30,060 bases of DNA from a virus (lineage: Duplodnaviria > Caudoviricetes), in IMG/VR virus record IMGVR_UViG_3300037506_000112, positions 1 through 30,060 of that record, one strand, 5' to 3'. The notes beneath the pieces were generated by a model. The model was not told where the DNA came from. It did not search any database and saw nothing but the letters and a program-made list of their open reading frames with translations. The position numbers and the translations under genes are program-made. Shown one piece after another: positions 1-8,122 of this stretch; position 1 is the stretch's first letter; the number at the start of each line of letters is the position of its first letter.

Positions 1-1450
1 CGAGCTGATCTTGCAGCCGTTTTGCGCCGAAATCCTGGCGTTCGCGACGGTCGCGGATGAGCCGATCGTCGTCGATGCGTTCGGTTTCTTCGGCAAATGA
101 ATTCATCGCCTCAGCCGCTTTTTCGATGAAGTCGATTTCCTTCTGCCGGGAATCGGAGAGCTTATCTTCCTCGGCAATAAGCGTCCTGGTCTCTTCGGCG
201 CGCTCCATCTCACTGCGAGAGAGATCTTCTTCGCGGGCCGTAACTACTGGTAGAGCAGCGCCGAGATTGCCGATTTCAATATCTAATGCCTGGAGACGTT
301 CTCGAAGGACGTTAGCCTTGTCTAGCGACGCCTGATCGCCAATCGATTCCAGTCGCGTGATGGCGTTCTTATAGATTTCCTGTTCGCGTTTGGCCGCTGC
401 GAGCCGCAGTTCAATCTGTTCCGTGGTTCCACTTCGCAAGATCTCGACCTGCTTGACAGACGCCTGCACCTCCTGGTCAATGCGAGCGGCCCGTGCTTCG
501 GCCAACTTGCGCTCGGCTTCTGCGGCATCACCTGCGACAAAAGCATTTTGTTCGATGCCTTTGCTATACAGGTCGATCTTTGTCCTCGCGTCAAGGATCT
601 GTTTATCCAGGTTCGCCAGAGAGGATTGCGCTTCTTTGAACCCCTCGTCAAAAATGCCCTTGAAGCCAGTTCGAATTCGCGCTCCAAGATCGTTGAAGCC
701 CTGCTTGGTTTCATTTACAAAGGTGTCGTCGATTTCTTTCTTTAAATTGGCGCGCTGCTGTTCGAGGGACTTCAGATCCTCCTGGGCCGTTTTAAGCTGG
801 GCCTGCGCGTCTTCCGTCGTCCCCTGGTTCAACGTGTCGAAATAGTCTTTCTGCACCCTTGCCAGGCTTGCCAGCGCCGCACTTTGCTGTTTTACGTTAT
901 CCAGGTAAATGGCCCCGGCAGCGGTTACAGCGGCAATACCAACCGCAAGCGGGCCGGCCACCGCAAGTGCAGATCCCAAATTACCGGAGAGGCCACCCAG
1001 TTCCTGTTTAAATTTCCCGAGCGATTCAACCGCGCCCAGGATATCGCCAGCCAACCCTGCGGCTTGCCCCACGCCGGTGTTGCCACCGGCAACGCTGGCC
1101 AACGCACCGCCAACGGTCGATCCTTGGCCGACAATGTCGATAACACTGCCCCCGGCTGATTTGGCAGTACCACGACTCTCCTCGCGTTTACGAGCCTTGG
1201 CAGCTTCAGCCGCGCGCTCCTCTTCCTTGCGGATCGCCTCAAGGGCATCGCGGTATTTCTTAAGAGGAGAGAGCGCCTGGTTAGCCGCCTCGACCTGGGC
1301 ATCTCCAGCGCGCTTTGCCGCCGCGGCAACATCGGCCAATCCTTTCCGCTGGTCGGCGACGCGATCAATTACCCGTTCAATGCCACGGATAGCCTGATCG
1401 GTTCTGGCTTCATATTCCAGGATCGCTTTCGTGCGTCGTTCGTCAGCCAT
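1..1450 (-). CDS. Tail tape measure protein (3'-truncated by window edge)
   Basis: Absent from the ORF track because it has no stop in the window. ATG at 1448-1450 directly follows the TAG of the chaperone extension. My translation MADERRTKAILEYEARTDQAIRGIERVIDRVADQRKGLADVAAAAK... stays open to the window edge. It is Ala/Glu/Lys-rich and helical with a Gly/Ala-rich hydrophobic stretch (SALAVAGPLAVGIAAVTAAGAIYL), and sits in the canonical position after the tail chaperone. Confidence 0.85.
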   Translation of the reverse strand, partial: MADERRTKAILEYEARTDQAIRGIERVIDRVADQRKGLADVAAAAKRAGDAQVEAANQALSPLKKYRDALEAIRKEEERAAEAAKARKREESRGTAKSAGGSVIDIVGQGSTVGGALASVAGGNTGVGQAAGLAGDILGAVESLGKFKQELGGLSGNLGSALAVAGPLAVGIAAVTAAGAIYLDNVKQQSAALASLARVQKDYFDTLNQGTTEDAQAQLKTAQEDLKSLEQQRANLKKEIDDTFVNETKQGFNDLGARIRTGFKGIFDEGFKEAQSSLANLDKQILDARTKIDLYSKGIEQNAFVAGDAAEAERKLAEARAARIDQEVQASVKQVEILRSGTTEQIELRLAAAKREQEIYKNAITRLESIGDQASLDKANVLRERLQALDIEIGNLGAALPVVTAREEDLSRSEMERAEETRTLIAEEDKLSDSRQKEIDFIEKAAEAMNSFAEETERIDDDRLIRDRRERQDFGAKRLQDQL

Positions 1451-1735
1451 CTACTTCAACTGTTCCAACCACCAATTGAACATCTTGAGCAAGGTGTGAA
1501 AATCCCTAACCAGCTTCTCTGGCTGCTCATCATATGCTTTGCCATTCGGCCACACCTGGAACTTGCTTTTGATCCACACGTCAAAGCGCGGGAGCAAGTA
1601 ACTGGCCGGATAAAAGAAGCCGGGGTCTTGCACCTCAGTTGCAGGCTTTAGGCCCGGTTTCCCTAGATTCCCGAGTGCCATCTCTTTCAGGTAGTCGTCG
1701 ACTTGCCCTCGCTGCTCGTCTCGCTTTTTACGGCT
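1451..1735 (-). CDS. Tail assembly chaperone gpGT-like C-terminal extension, reached by -1 frameshift
   Basis: 3' part of track ORF 1451..2116 (…SRKKRDEQRGQVDDYLKEM…WPNGKAYDEQP…). It is in the -1 frame relative to 1687..2097, is entered at slippery heptamer C CCT TTA, and its stop abuts the tape measure ATG. Confidence 0.75.
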   Translation of the reverse strand, partial: SRKKRDEQRGQVDDYLKEMALGNLGKPGLKPATEVQDPGFFYPASYLLPRFDVWIKSKFQVWPNGKAYDEQPEKLVRDFHTLLKMFNWWLEQLK

Positions 1736-2097
1736 AAAGGGGTTTTCGGCTTGGCTCCAGGCTTCAGGTCTGGTGCGTTGAAATCCGGCTCGACCTTTTC
1801 CAACGCGTCGCGCCAGGCGTCGACGATCTTGGCTGGTAAAGCCAACCATGCCCGGAAACCTTCGGCCAACATTTCGCCATCCAGTTCCCAGTGGGGCAGT
1901 GCAAAGTCCAGGCCATTGATTTGGTCGGTCTGGGCGACAATACTTGCAAAGTCGGCCTGATAGTTGAATCCACCTCTGATGTTGTATTCGGGCGTGAATT
2001 CTTCCATCCGAGCGCGCACCGACCACGCAATGAGACTGTCCCGGCCAGTGGCCGGGTGCATATCTACGGTTACTCCGGGTACGAGTTCGACTATCAT
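1687..2097 (-). CDS. Tail assembly chaperone (gpG-like)
   Basis: 136 aa, ATGA overlap with the upstream tail gene, slippery site near its 3' end, synteny. Confidence 0.75.
   Translation of the reverse strand: MIVELVPGVTVDMHPATGRDSLIAWSVRARMEEFTPEYNIRGGFNYQADFASIVAQTDQINGLDFALPHWELDGEMLAEGFRAWLALPAKIVDAWRDALEKVEPDFNAPDLKPGAKPKTPLAVKSETSSEGKSTTT
1735..1741 (-). other. Programmed -1 ribosomal frameshift site CCCTTTA
   Basis: Plus strand taaaggg = minus CCCTTTA, phased X XXY YYZ (acC CCT TTA) in the chaperone frame. Located between major tail and tape measure genes, as in lambda G/GT. Confidence 0.75.
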
Positions 2098-2948
2098 GAC
2101 AGCCGCAGCGCCTCATATTCGATCACGACATACAATCCGCTGGCCGGGGCAGCCGATAGCTGAATGGTCTTTGTTGCCGGTGTCACACTGCTTACGGTCA
2201 GCGCGGCCACAGTTGTACCGTTGAACGAGTAAGCCTTGGTCGAGGCGACATTGACTGGCGTGTAATCCACCACGATGGTGTCCCAGGTTCCATTCCCAAT
2301 CTTTACATAAAACAACGTGCGATAGATCGAGAACCACGTTACCTGCAACCCATCGGAAACGCTGAAGTTGTCGCTGTCGAAGGGATCGCCAGTGACCCAG
2401 GTCGTCATGGGATTGAACGCAGTCGAGTACCGTGTTTTGCCTGCCGCCTGGAAGGCAACATTCTCCGGCCCAACCGGTAGCATCAGGGTGCTGCCATAGA
2501 GCGTGTTCAGGAAGCCCTTTTGTCCCGGGTTGGCCGGGTCTTCTGAGACAGCGTCCTGGTGCAGAAGCACGATCATGTCTGACAGCGTCGGCGCAGTGAT
2601 CCCGCGCACGTGCTTGCTCCAGTTGCCGAGCGCCCAGACCGTCGACCCTTGCATTGCTGCTTCGGCGTCGATATCCATCGTGGCGACTTCAATCAGCCCC
2701 GATGCGTTGTCGGCGTTGGCAAACGGGAACGAGCGGATGCGCACGTTATCCCCGGTGACTGGCGAGAACACGCCTTCTGGCACCGCATTGGGCGCTTGCT
2801 GGATGCCCTTGACTTTGCGCATCCCCGATCCCGTGCCGGTGTTGGCAGAGGTCAGGCCAGCGAACCCAGCGAGGACGCCGCTCTGCCCGCGCTTGCTGAT
2901 ATGAATGCTATCGGCCCCTGCAAAGGTGGCGATTTTCTCGTTAGACAT
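2094..2948 (-). CDS. Major tail (tube) protein, possibly with a C-terminal beta-rich accessory domain
   Basis: 284 aa, rich in Thr/Ser/Gly/Val, directly upstream of the chaperone/tape measure genes. Assigned mainly by synteny. Confidence 0.65.
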   Translation of the reverse strand: MSNEKIATFAGADSIHISKRGQSGVLAGFAGLTSANTGTGSGMRKVKGIQQAPNAVPEGVFSPVTGDNVRIRSFPFANADNASGLIEVATMDIDAEAAMQGSTVWALGNWSKHVRGITAPTLSDMIVLLHQDAVSEDPANPGQKGFLNTLYGSTLMLPVGPENVAFQAAGKTRYSTAFNPMTTWVTGDPFDSDNFSVSDGLQVTWFSIYRTLFYVKIGNGTWDTIVVDYTPVNVASTKAYSFNGTTVAALTVSSVTPATKTIQLSAAPASGLYVVIEYEALRLS

Positions 2949-3264
2949 CGCTTTCGTCGGCCTCCTCTGTTACACCCTCACTGTCGAGGGCAGCTTCGTT
3001 TAGGGTGAGCACTGGCGCGGTTTCGTCTTCCGGCTGCTCTGGCTCTGGCGTCGGCAAGCGCTTTTCAATCTCTGCCCGCACTTCCGGCGTGAATAGGCTG
3101 GCCGCGCTGGCCTTGACGTAGTAGAAAAATCGTCCGTCAACAGCATCCACACGCATGTCGCCCGACTCGACGAAACCGTTTTCCGGTATCACTGTCCGGC
3201 GCGGTTGCCGGAGGATTCGTCCGCTTGCGGGGTCGATTTCCCCGTAGTCAAATTCGATTGGCAT
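2941..3264 (-). CDS. Hypothetical protein with acidic, Pro/Glu-rich C-terminus
   Basis: 107 aa ORF with upstream GAGGAG, tightly packed between tail genes. Confidence 0.6.
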   Translation of the reverse strand: MPIEFDYGEIDPASGRILRQPRRTVIPENGFVESGDMRVDAVDGRFFYYVKASAASLFTPEVRAEIEKRLPTPEPEQPEDETAPVLTLNEAALDSEGVTEEADESDV

Positions 3265-3267
3265 AGA

Positions 3268-3783
3268 TCAATACTCCTCGTCGATTGCGATATTGAACGG
3301 CAGCCGCAGCCGCAGTTCGATACCGACCTGATTCGTGTTTCGGAAAGCACCAAGCGCACTCGCCACCTCGATCCGCACATTGGCCGAATCGAGATACTTG
3401 GGCGACGCCATCGGTGTCGTTCCATCGCTCTCATAGTCGGCATAGATCAGGCGTTTGTGTGCCTGGAAATAACTCGTGACCTTCGGCAACACTTTGAAAA
3501 CCGAGCGTTGCAACGTGCCGTCGTAGCCCTCAGTCCCCAAGCCAATCACATATCTGAGGGCTAGGGGCCACACCTGGACATTTACATCCTCGGCCTGGTC
3601 GTTTTGCTGTGTCGCATCAAGGAAGATCCACCAGAACGGTGGTTTGACCTTGGGATCGACATAGTCAAGAACGGCAGGTTTGAGGAGTCCAGAAGCGCCT
3701 GGATCGCTCGCGATTGTGAGCATCGCCTTGACGCGCTGTACCGCAAGGTCTAGAAAGGTCGTGTCGAGATCGGTAAATCTCAT
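3268..3783 (-). CDS. Putative tail completion/terminator protein
   Basis: Start placed at ATG 3783 (ATGA overlap with the connector stop; track starts at 3795). Size about 171 aa, and its position between connector and major tail gene fits. Confidence 0.5.
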   Translation of the reverse strand: MRFTDLDTTFLDLAVQRVKAMLTIASDPGASGLLKPAVLDYVDPKVKPPFWWIFLDATQQNDQAEDVNVQVWPLALRYVIGLGTEGYDGTLQRSVFKVLPKVTSYFQAHKRLIYADYESDGTTPMASPKYLDSANVRIEVASALGAFRNTNQVGIELRLRLPFNIAIDEEY

Positions 3784-4664
3784 ACCGGCACCCACCCGAA
3801 GCTACGCCGTTCGTTCAAGATGTTCAGCACTTCCTCCGGAGCGTCCGGCGGGAACTGGACAACAGTTGCGCCATCAGTCTTGAGCGTTTCGTAGGCCCCG
3901 CGCCGTGCGTACAGATAACCAGTCCAACGCAGGCAGGCCCGCTGGATGATCGGATCTGGTTCGAAGATGTCGATGGTCGTGTTGATCGGGTAGTCCGTCA
4001 CAGCAGCCGACGAACCGTTGACCGCGCGCTTGACGATCAGCTTGTCGGGATTTGATCCATCGGCATTGATTTCGAGGATGATCATCAGTTCGCTGACCAT
4101 CCGGATCATCTGCCCGGCGCTGAAGCGTGGAGTACGATAGAGTCCGTCGCGGCCATCAATCGAGCCGTTGACCAGCGTGATCTCCGTCCCTGATGGGGTG
4201 AGTGCGACAGAGTTCACCCCGCCGCTGGTCGTCCACCCCTCCAGGTCGTACCGTTGCCGATAGCCCCACAGCGCTTTGATCGAGATGGCGTTGATCCAGT
4301 CGCTCGTATACTCCGACCAGGAGTGTCCACCCAGTCGGCGAAGCTGAGTCACCGGGTAAACATCCGTCGGATAGAACTCGTAGTCGCTGTTCAGCACGAG
4401 CGTTGTGCCAGTGCCATCCTTCACTTCCACAGGCGCAAGTAAGGGCATCGGCAGGTCAATGACATCCAACTCATCGTCGATGTGCAGCCCAAGCGCATTG
4501 AGCTTCTTGGTGATGACACGCGGCGCGAACTCGAAATCGGTCATGGCGTCGATGCGCGCCGACGTGAACCAGAGCGCTTGCTTTAGGTAGTCGTCGTGCT
4601 GCAAGTCGCCCGGTTGAACAATGCTCTCCATGCGAGCCTGGGCGAGCGATGCGTAGCGGATCAT
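3780..4664 (-). CDS. Head-tail connector/adaptor (gp6/gp15-like) with internal insertion
   Basis: N-terminal YASLAQAR…ARIDAMTDFEF and C-terminal PDPIIQRACLRWTGYLYARR…PEEVLNIL resemble the adaptor pattern (Y..l.e.k…ID..t…P..i..A.l……Y..R). Synteny agrees. Confidence 0.7.
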   Translation of the reverse strand: MIRYASLAQARMESIVQPGDLQHDDYLKQALWFTSARIDAMTDFEFAPRVITKKLNALGLHIDDELDVIDLPMPLLAPVEVKDGTGTTLVLNSDYEFYPTDVYPVTQLRRLGGHSWSEYTSDWINAISIKALWGYRQRYDLEGWTTSGGVNSVALTPSGTEITLVNGSIDGRDGLYRTPRFSAGQMIRMVSELMIILEINADGSNPDKLIVKRAVNGSSAAVTDYPINTTIDIFEPDPIIQRACLRWTGYLYARRGAYETLKTDGATVVQFPPDAPEEVLNILNERRSFGWVPV

Positions 4665-4970
4665 TTACAGCTTCTCCAACGTCACCGAAACCGCGCCGTC
4701 CGCACCGGTTGCGCGGATCAGCTTCAACTGCTGGATATTCTGGTTGCCTTCGATGACGAAACTGGTATCGGCTGCCGCCAGGTGGCCGAGACTCGCCGTT
4801 GGCGCTCCACCGTCGTAGCGGTAGCGGATCGCCTGCGTCGCCACCGTTATCCGCGCGCGATCTGCCTGATCCACTTCGGCCTGAGTAAAACCAACATCGA
4901 CCAGACTCAGGGCCGTGCTGCTCACCGTTGCATCGTCGAAGTCAAAGCCTATGGTTGTGTTGATTGGCAT
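4665..4970 (-). CDS. Small virion structural protein (head spike/decoration-like)
   Basis: Start at ATG 4970 after GAAGGA. Motif AIRYRYDGGAPTASLG resembles small beta-rich phage head proteins. Lies between capsid and connector genes. Confidence 0.5.
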   Translation of the reverse strand: MPINTTIGFDFDDATVSSTALSLVDVGFTQAEVDQADRARITVATQAIRYRYDGGAPTASLGHLAAADTSFVIEGNQNIQQLKLIRATGADGAVSVTLEKL

Positions 4971-4987
4971 CGTTCGTTCCTTCACAT

Positions 4988-5009
4988 GGGGCGAGGTATC
5001 ACTCGCCCC
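4988..5009. terminator. GC-rich stem-loop (ggggcgag-N6-ctcgcccc), possible attenuator or mRNA-stabilising hairpin
   Basis: Perfect 8-bp inverted repeat in the intergenic gap. No U-tract on the coding (minus) strand. Confidence 0.45.
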
Positions 5010-5029
5010 TGCATTCTTATGCTGCTTTG

Positions 5030-5452
5030 CTACTGGATGTAGTAGAGGCAGGCCACGTCGAGATCGCCCGCTGCTGCGTCGGCTACCGATTGCACAAAGA
5101 TCGCCGTGATCTGGGTCTCGTCAGTGAGCGGCGTGTACAGTTCTGCCGCAACATACCCGGTGAGCTTTTGCCCCGCCGATGACACGTCGATGTCATTGGC
5201 GAATCGGTTGGCTGTACTGCCATCGCCGATATCGAGCAGGTCAGTACCGGACGAGTTGAACGCTGTGACGACGTTGACGATCCAGGCCACGATCACCGCG
5301 CCCTTGGGCAGTTTGAACAGGTTCTTGGTGGTTGTGTTCGTGTAAGCGACGGTGTTGTGTTTGACGGCCAGCGAGCCGCCAAGCGGCGGCGGAGCAAAAC
5401 CGTCGCTGTCGACGACTTCCTGCCCTGAGAAATTTCCGAATGGGAGTACCAT
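5030..5452 (-). CDS. Putative capsid decoration protein
   Basis: 140 aa, GAGGAAGG RBS. LFKLPKGAVIV…VVTAFNSSGTDLLDIG resembles beta-sandwich head proteins commonly encoded after the major capsid gene. Confidence 0.55.
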   Translation of the reverse strand: MVLPFGNFSGQEVVDSDGFAPPPLGGSLAVKHNTVAYTNTTTKNLFKLPKGAVIVAWIVNVVTAFNSSGTDLLDIGDGSTANRFANDIDVSSAGQKLTGYVAAELYTPLTDETQITAIFVQSVADAAAGDLDVACLYYIQ

Positions 5453-5479
5453 TGCGCACCTTCCTCGGCCAGCGGCCTG

Positions 5480-5899
5480 TTAGTAGCTGGCTTTTTCGCC
5501 AACGACGATGCCCGCAAAGACAACGTCGATGGATGCACCAGCGGTGGTCGCCACGAGGCGGATATAGCGGCGCAGGTTGTCGCGCTTCAGCGCCAGTGTT
5601 TCTTCGCGCGCAGCCGCGTCGGTAACCTGTGAAAAGGTCGCAGCGGCCCCGGTGTCGGGGTTTACCAGCGATGCGGCAGGCACAGAAGCCCAGCTCGTCG
5701 AGCCGTCTTCACTGTGCTGCACGGTGAAGTCGATGGTGTCGCCGCTGGATGCAGCCGGAGCGCTAACCTTCAGCAGCACCGGCCCGTTATACTTCGCCAG
5801 ATCGACAGCATCGCCGTTGATTGCACCTGCGGAAGCGGTGCTGCGCTGGGCCTTCAGGCTGCTGGTGATCTCTGCTTGATTCGCAAGATAGAAAAACAT
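5480..5899 (-). CDS. Putative capsid cement/decoration protein (Bbp16-like)
   Basis: 139 aa, AGGAG RBS, first gene after the capsid gene. Pattern FTVQHSEDGSTSW…RRYIRL resembles jelly-roll cement proteins. Confidence 0.6.
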   Translation of the reverse strand: MFFYLANQAEITSSLKAQRSTASAGAINGDAVDLAKYNGPVLLKVSAPAASSGDTIDFTVQHSEDGSTSWASVPAASLVNPDTGAAATFSQVTDAAAREETLALKRDNLRRYIRLVATTAGASIDVVFAGIVVGEKASY

Positions 5900-5943
5900 C
5901 TGTGTCTCCTACGGCTTGGAGCCGTTGACAATTTCAGTCTGAT

Positions 5944-5965
5944 GCCGGGTAGGTAACTACCCGGC
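5944..5965 (-). terminator. Stem-loop downstream of the major capsid gene
   Basis: Perfect 9-bp stem gccgggtag/ctacccggc with a 4-nt loop, 27 nt after the stop. No U-tract, so a partial terminator or stabiliser. Confidence 0.55.
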
Positions 5966-5992
5966 GAAAGTCACTTCAGGCGTCAGGTCGCT

Positions 5993-8122
5993 TTATCCCC
6001 TGACGCCGGTGATGACCTCGAACGCCTCATCGTAGAGAACGGCGACATCAACGTATGTCCATGCGACGATCACGGTCATCAGATCGTTTGATCGGCTGTA
6101 CGGATCGACCAGAAACTCAAACTGGTTGCTGAGGCCCAGCGCCAGCCATTTCCAAACGCCCGCGAAGATCGTCGAGCAATCCGAAGACGAACCTACCACT
6201 TGGTTGATGGGGATCAGGTTGGTGGTTTCCCACCCATATCCTGCAATGTCACGTTCCTCTTTGTTAGCCCAAGTGCCGCGCAGAATCGGACGCCCCGTTG
6301 TGTCGGTCATGTCCGCAAAGGTCTGCTTTGTGCGAGGAGCGAACAGAAACTGGGTAGTTTCGTCGATCTCGACGTTTGCGCTTTCGATACGCAAAATAGC
6401 CCCTGTCAGATCGGTGATCTTCGGCTTTGCCCCGTTTGTACCCAGCGAAGTTCCCGTGACCGCACGCCCCGACATCCCGGCAAGCGTTGCTAAACCGACG
6501 GGCTGCGTTCCGACGTTTGGTGCAGTTGTGCCACCTGTGCCAAACAGTGCCGCGCGCATAATGGCACGATTAATTCGGTAGGTAACCTTCTCTCGCACAC
6601 GCGACTCATAGTCCACACGGCTATTGGCGAGGTACTTGTTGGGGATCTCGATACGTGTGGCAAGCGGACGCGGATACAGCACCACGCCGCCAACGGTCTC
6701 TTCGCTCGCTGGGACTTCGGTGGCTTCACCGACCCAGTACGCCTCATGCTCCCCCTTATCCTTGGGAATCGTCAGCGACTCGACGCCATCCATGTCGTAT
6801 TGCTGGATGCCCATATCGGTCAACGGGAGCGCATCGCGCAAGGCGGGCAGAAACTCATCGGCTGTTTCATGGTTCATGATGTAACCACCAGTGTTGCCGA
6901 GTTGGTACGACTGGGCTTTCGCGCCCTTCATGTCCCGGAACATGGGGTGGGCGTAGCGCAGCATGTCGACCAGACCGGGCTTCTTCGCGCCCTTGTTGAA
7001 GTGGACGTTGTGACGACGCGGCTTGTCCGGGCTGTTGTTCTTCCGCGTCTTGAACGGCGGCTCGTCCTCGTCTTCGTCGGGCTGCTCCAGCTCGTCGTCG
7101 ACCAGGCCGGTGAAGCGTTTCAGCGCGTCGTAGTTCAGCTTGCGACTGCGAGCTGCCGGCGCTGGTTCAGCCAGTATCTTGGCGATGCCGTTGAGCTTCG
7201 CGACGATCTCCGACTTGCCGGCGGTCTCAGCCAGGCCGAGGGCAGAGCGCAGTCCCGACATCATTTCTTCGGGCATCGCTTCGGAGGGCGTACCATTGGC
7301 ATCGCCGCTCCCCTGTAGTTGCGTGATGATTTCCTGGAGCGCAGCGGCCACCGCTTCGGGGGTAGCTTCAACGCCCAGGAATTCGGCCAGTGCGGCCAGC
7401 ATTTCCGGGGTCATCTTGACTCCTTGTGTTTCTAGAGACGTTTGGCTATCCCGTCGTTGCGCCTCCCGCGCCTCGGACGGAGGTAGTTGCTTCAGGTATT
7501 TCTTCAGGGCTGACTTGAAGGCTTTGATAGAGACCGGGCCTAACCCCGGCTCGGCAGGATCGCGGGTCAGTGAGCATCCGGCAAACGGCCAGACACCCAG
7601 ACGCCCATCAGTCGGATCGAACCCTTGTTGGACATAGTGGCGGATGCTGTCGGAGCTATAGGCAAACTCGCCGTTCTCGCAGCCCTCACGGGTCTTCTCG
7701 AATAGTGGATGCTCCTGGTGCAGCTCGTGCTCCAACCAAACGCCGTAGCCGTAGATCGCCGCCTGGGTGCGGCGACCAATCGGCGTCGCGTCATATTCTT
7801 CGAAGCCGTGCTCGCCCCACAGCGGCGCGCCCTGGTAATATTCCAGCAACAGCTTCGTGGCACGGTCGAAATATTCCTTGTGCTCATCCCGCACGTTCGC
7901 ATCGGTGAACAGCATTGCCCAGCCCTGGACGATGACCTTGCCATCGGCGGTGGTGCGGCTCTTAACTGCGTAGCGCGCTTTGGTGACCGCACCCCAGGCA
8001 GCCGCGGCGGCTTTCTCTTCGCTGCTCGTTTGGGCATAAACAGCATTGAAGACTTCGAGCCACTGGCGCTGCTCTTCAGGGTTCAGGTCGCGCACAGAAG
8101 GCGGTAAGGTGCTAAGGCTCAT
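5993..8122 (-). CDS. Fused ChaB-like domain + prohead protease + scaffold + HK97-fold major capsid protein
   Basis: Start at ATG 8122 after GAGGAG (track starts at 8152). ChaB-like LPPSVRDL…QWLEVFNAVY…EEKAAAAAWGAV. Protease-like VQGWAMLF…D…F…PLWGEHG…PIG…YSS…SLTRDPAEP. Helical, acidic scaffold. Capsid motifs GGYIM…AYWVGEATEVP…ALFGTG…QPVGL…DTTGRPI…IAGY. Confidence 0.9.
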   Translation of the reverse strand: MSLSTLPPSVRDLNPEEQRQWLEVFNAVYAQTSSEEKAAAAAWGAVTKARYAVKSRTTADGKVIVQGWAMLFTDANVRDEHKEYFDRATKLLLEYYQGAPLWGEHGFEEYDATPIGRRTQAAIYGYGVWLEHELHQEHPLFEKTREGCENGEFAYSSDSIRHYVQQGFDPTDGRLGVWPFAGCSLTRDPAEPGLGPVSIKAFKSALKKYLKQLPPSEAREAQRRDSQTSLETQGVKMTPEMLAALAEFLGVEATPEAVAAALQEIITQLQGSGDANGTPSEAMPEEMMSGLRSALGLAETAGKSEIVAKLNGIAKILAEPAPAARSRKLNYDALKRFTGLVDDELEQPDEDEDEPPFKTRKNNSPDKPRRHNVHFNKGAKKPGLVDMLRYAHPMFRDMKGAKAQSYQLGNTGGYIMNHETADEFLPALRDALPLTDMGIQQYDMDGVESLTIPKDKGEHEAYWVGEATEVPASEETVGGVVLYPRPLATRIEIPNKYLANSRVDYESRVREKVTYRINRAIMRAALFGTGGTTAPNVGTQPVGLATLAGMSGRAVTGTSLGTNGAKPKITDLTGAILRIESANVEIDETTQFLFAPRTKQTFADMTDTTGRPILRGTWANKEERDIAGYGWETTNLIPINQVVGSSSDCSTIFAGVWKWLALGLSNQFEFLVDPYSRSNDLMTVIVAWTYVDVAVLYDEAFEVITGVRG
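7412..7425 (-). promoter_or_regulatory. Internal in-frame RBS and ATG (AAGGAG-tcaag-ATG) for a scaffold-capsid product
   Basis: Strong Shine-Dalgarno 5 nt before the in-frame Met of MTPEMLAAL, at the protease/scaffold boundary. Confidence 0.6.

Noticed and set aside
57-1397. Several plus-strand ORFs and the minus ORFs 322..714 and 925..1368
   Set aside because: They are shadows or alternate frames of the tape measure gene, which the track omitted because it has no stop in the window.
1451-2116. 221-aa ORF as an independent gene
   Set aside because: Its 5' portion overlaps the chaperone in another frame and reads as non-protein-like. Only the part after the slippery site is credible.
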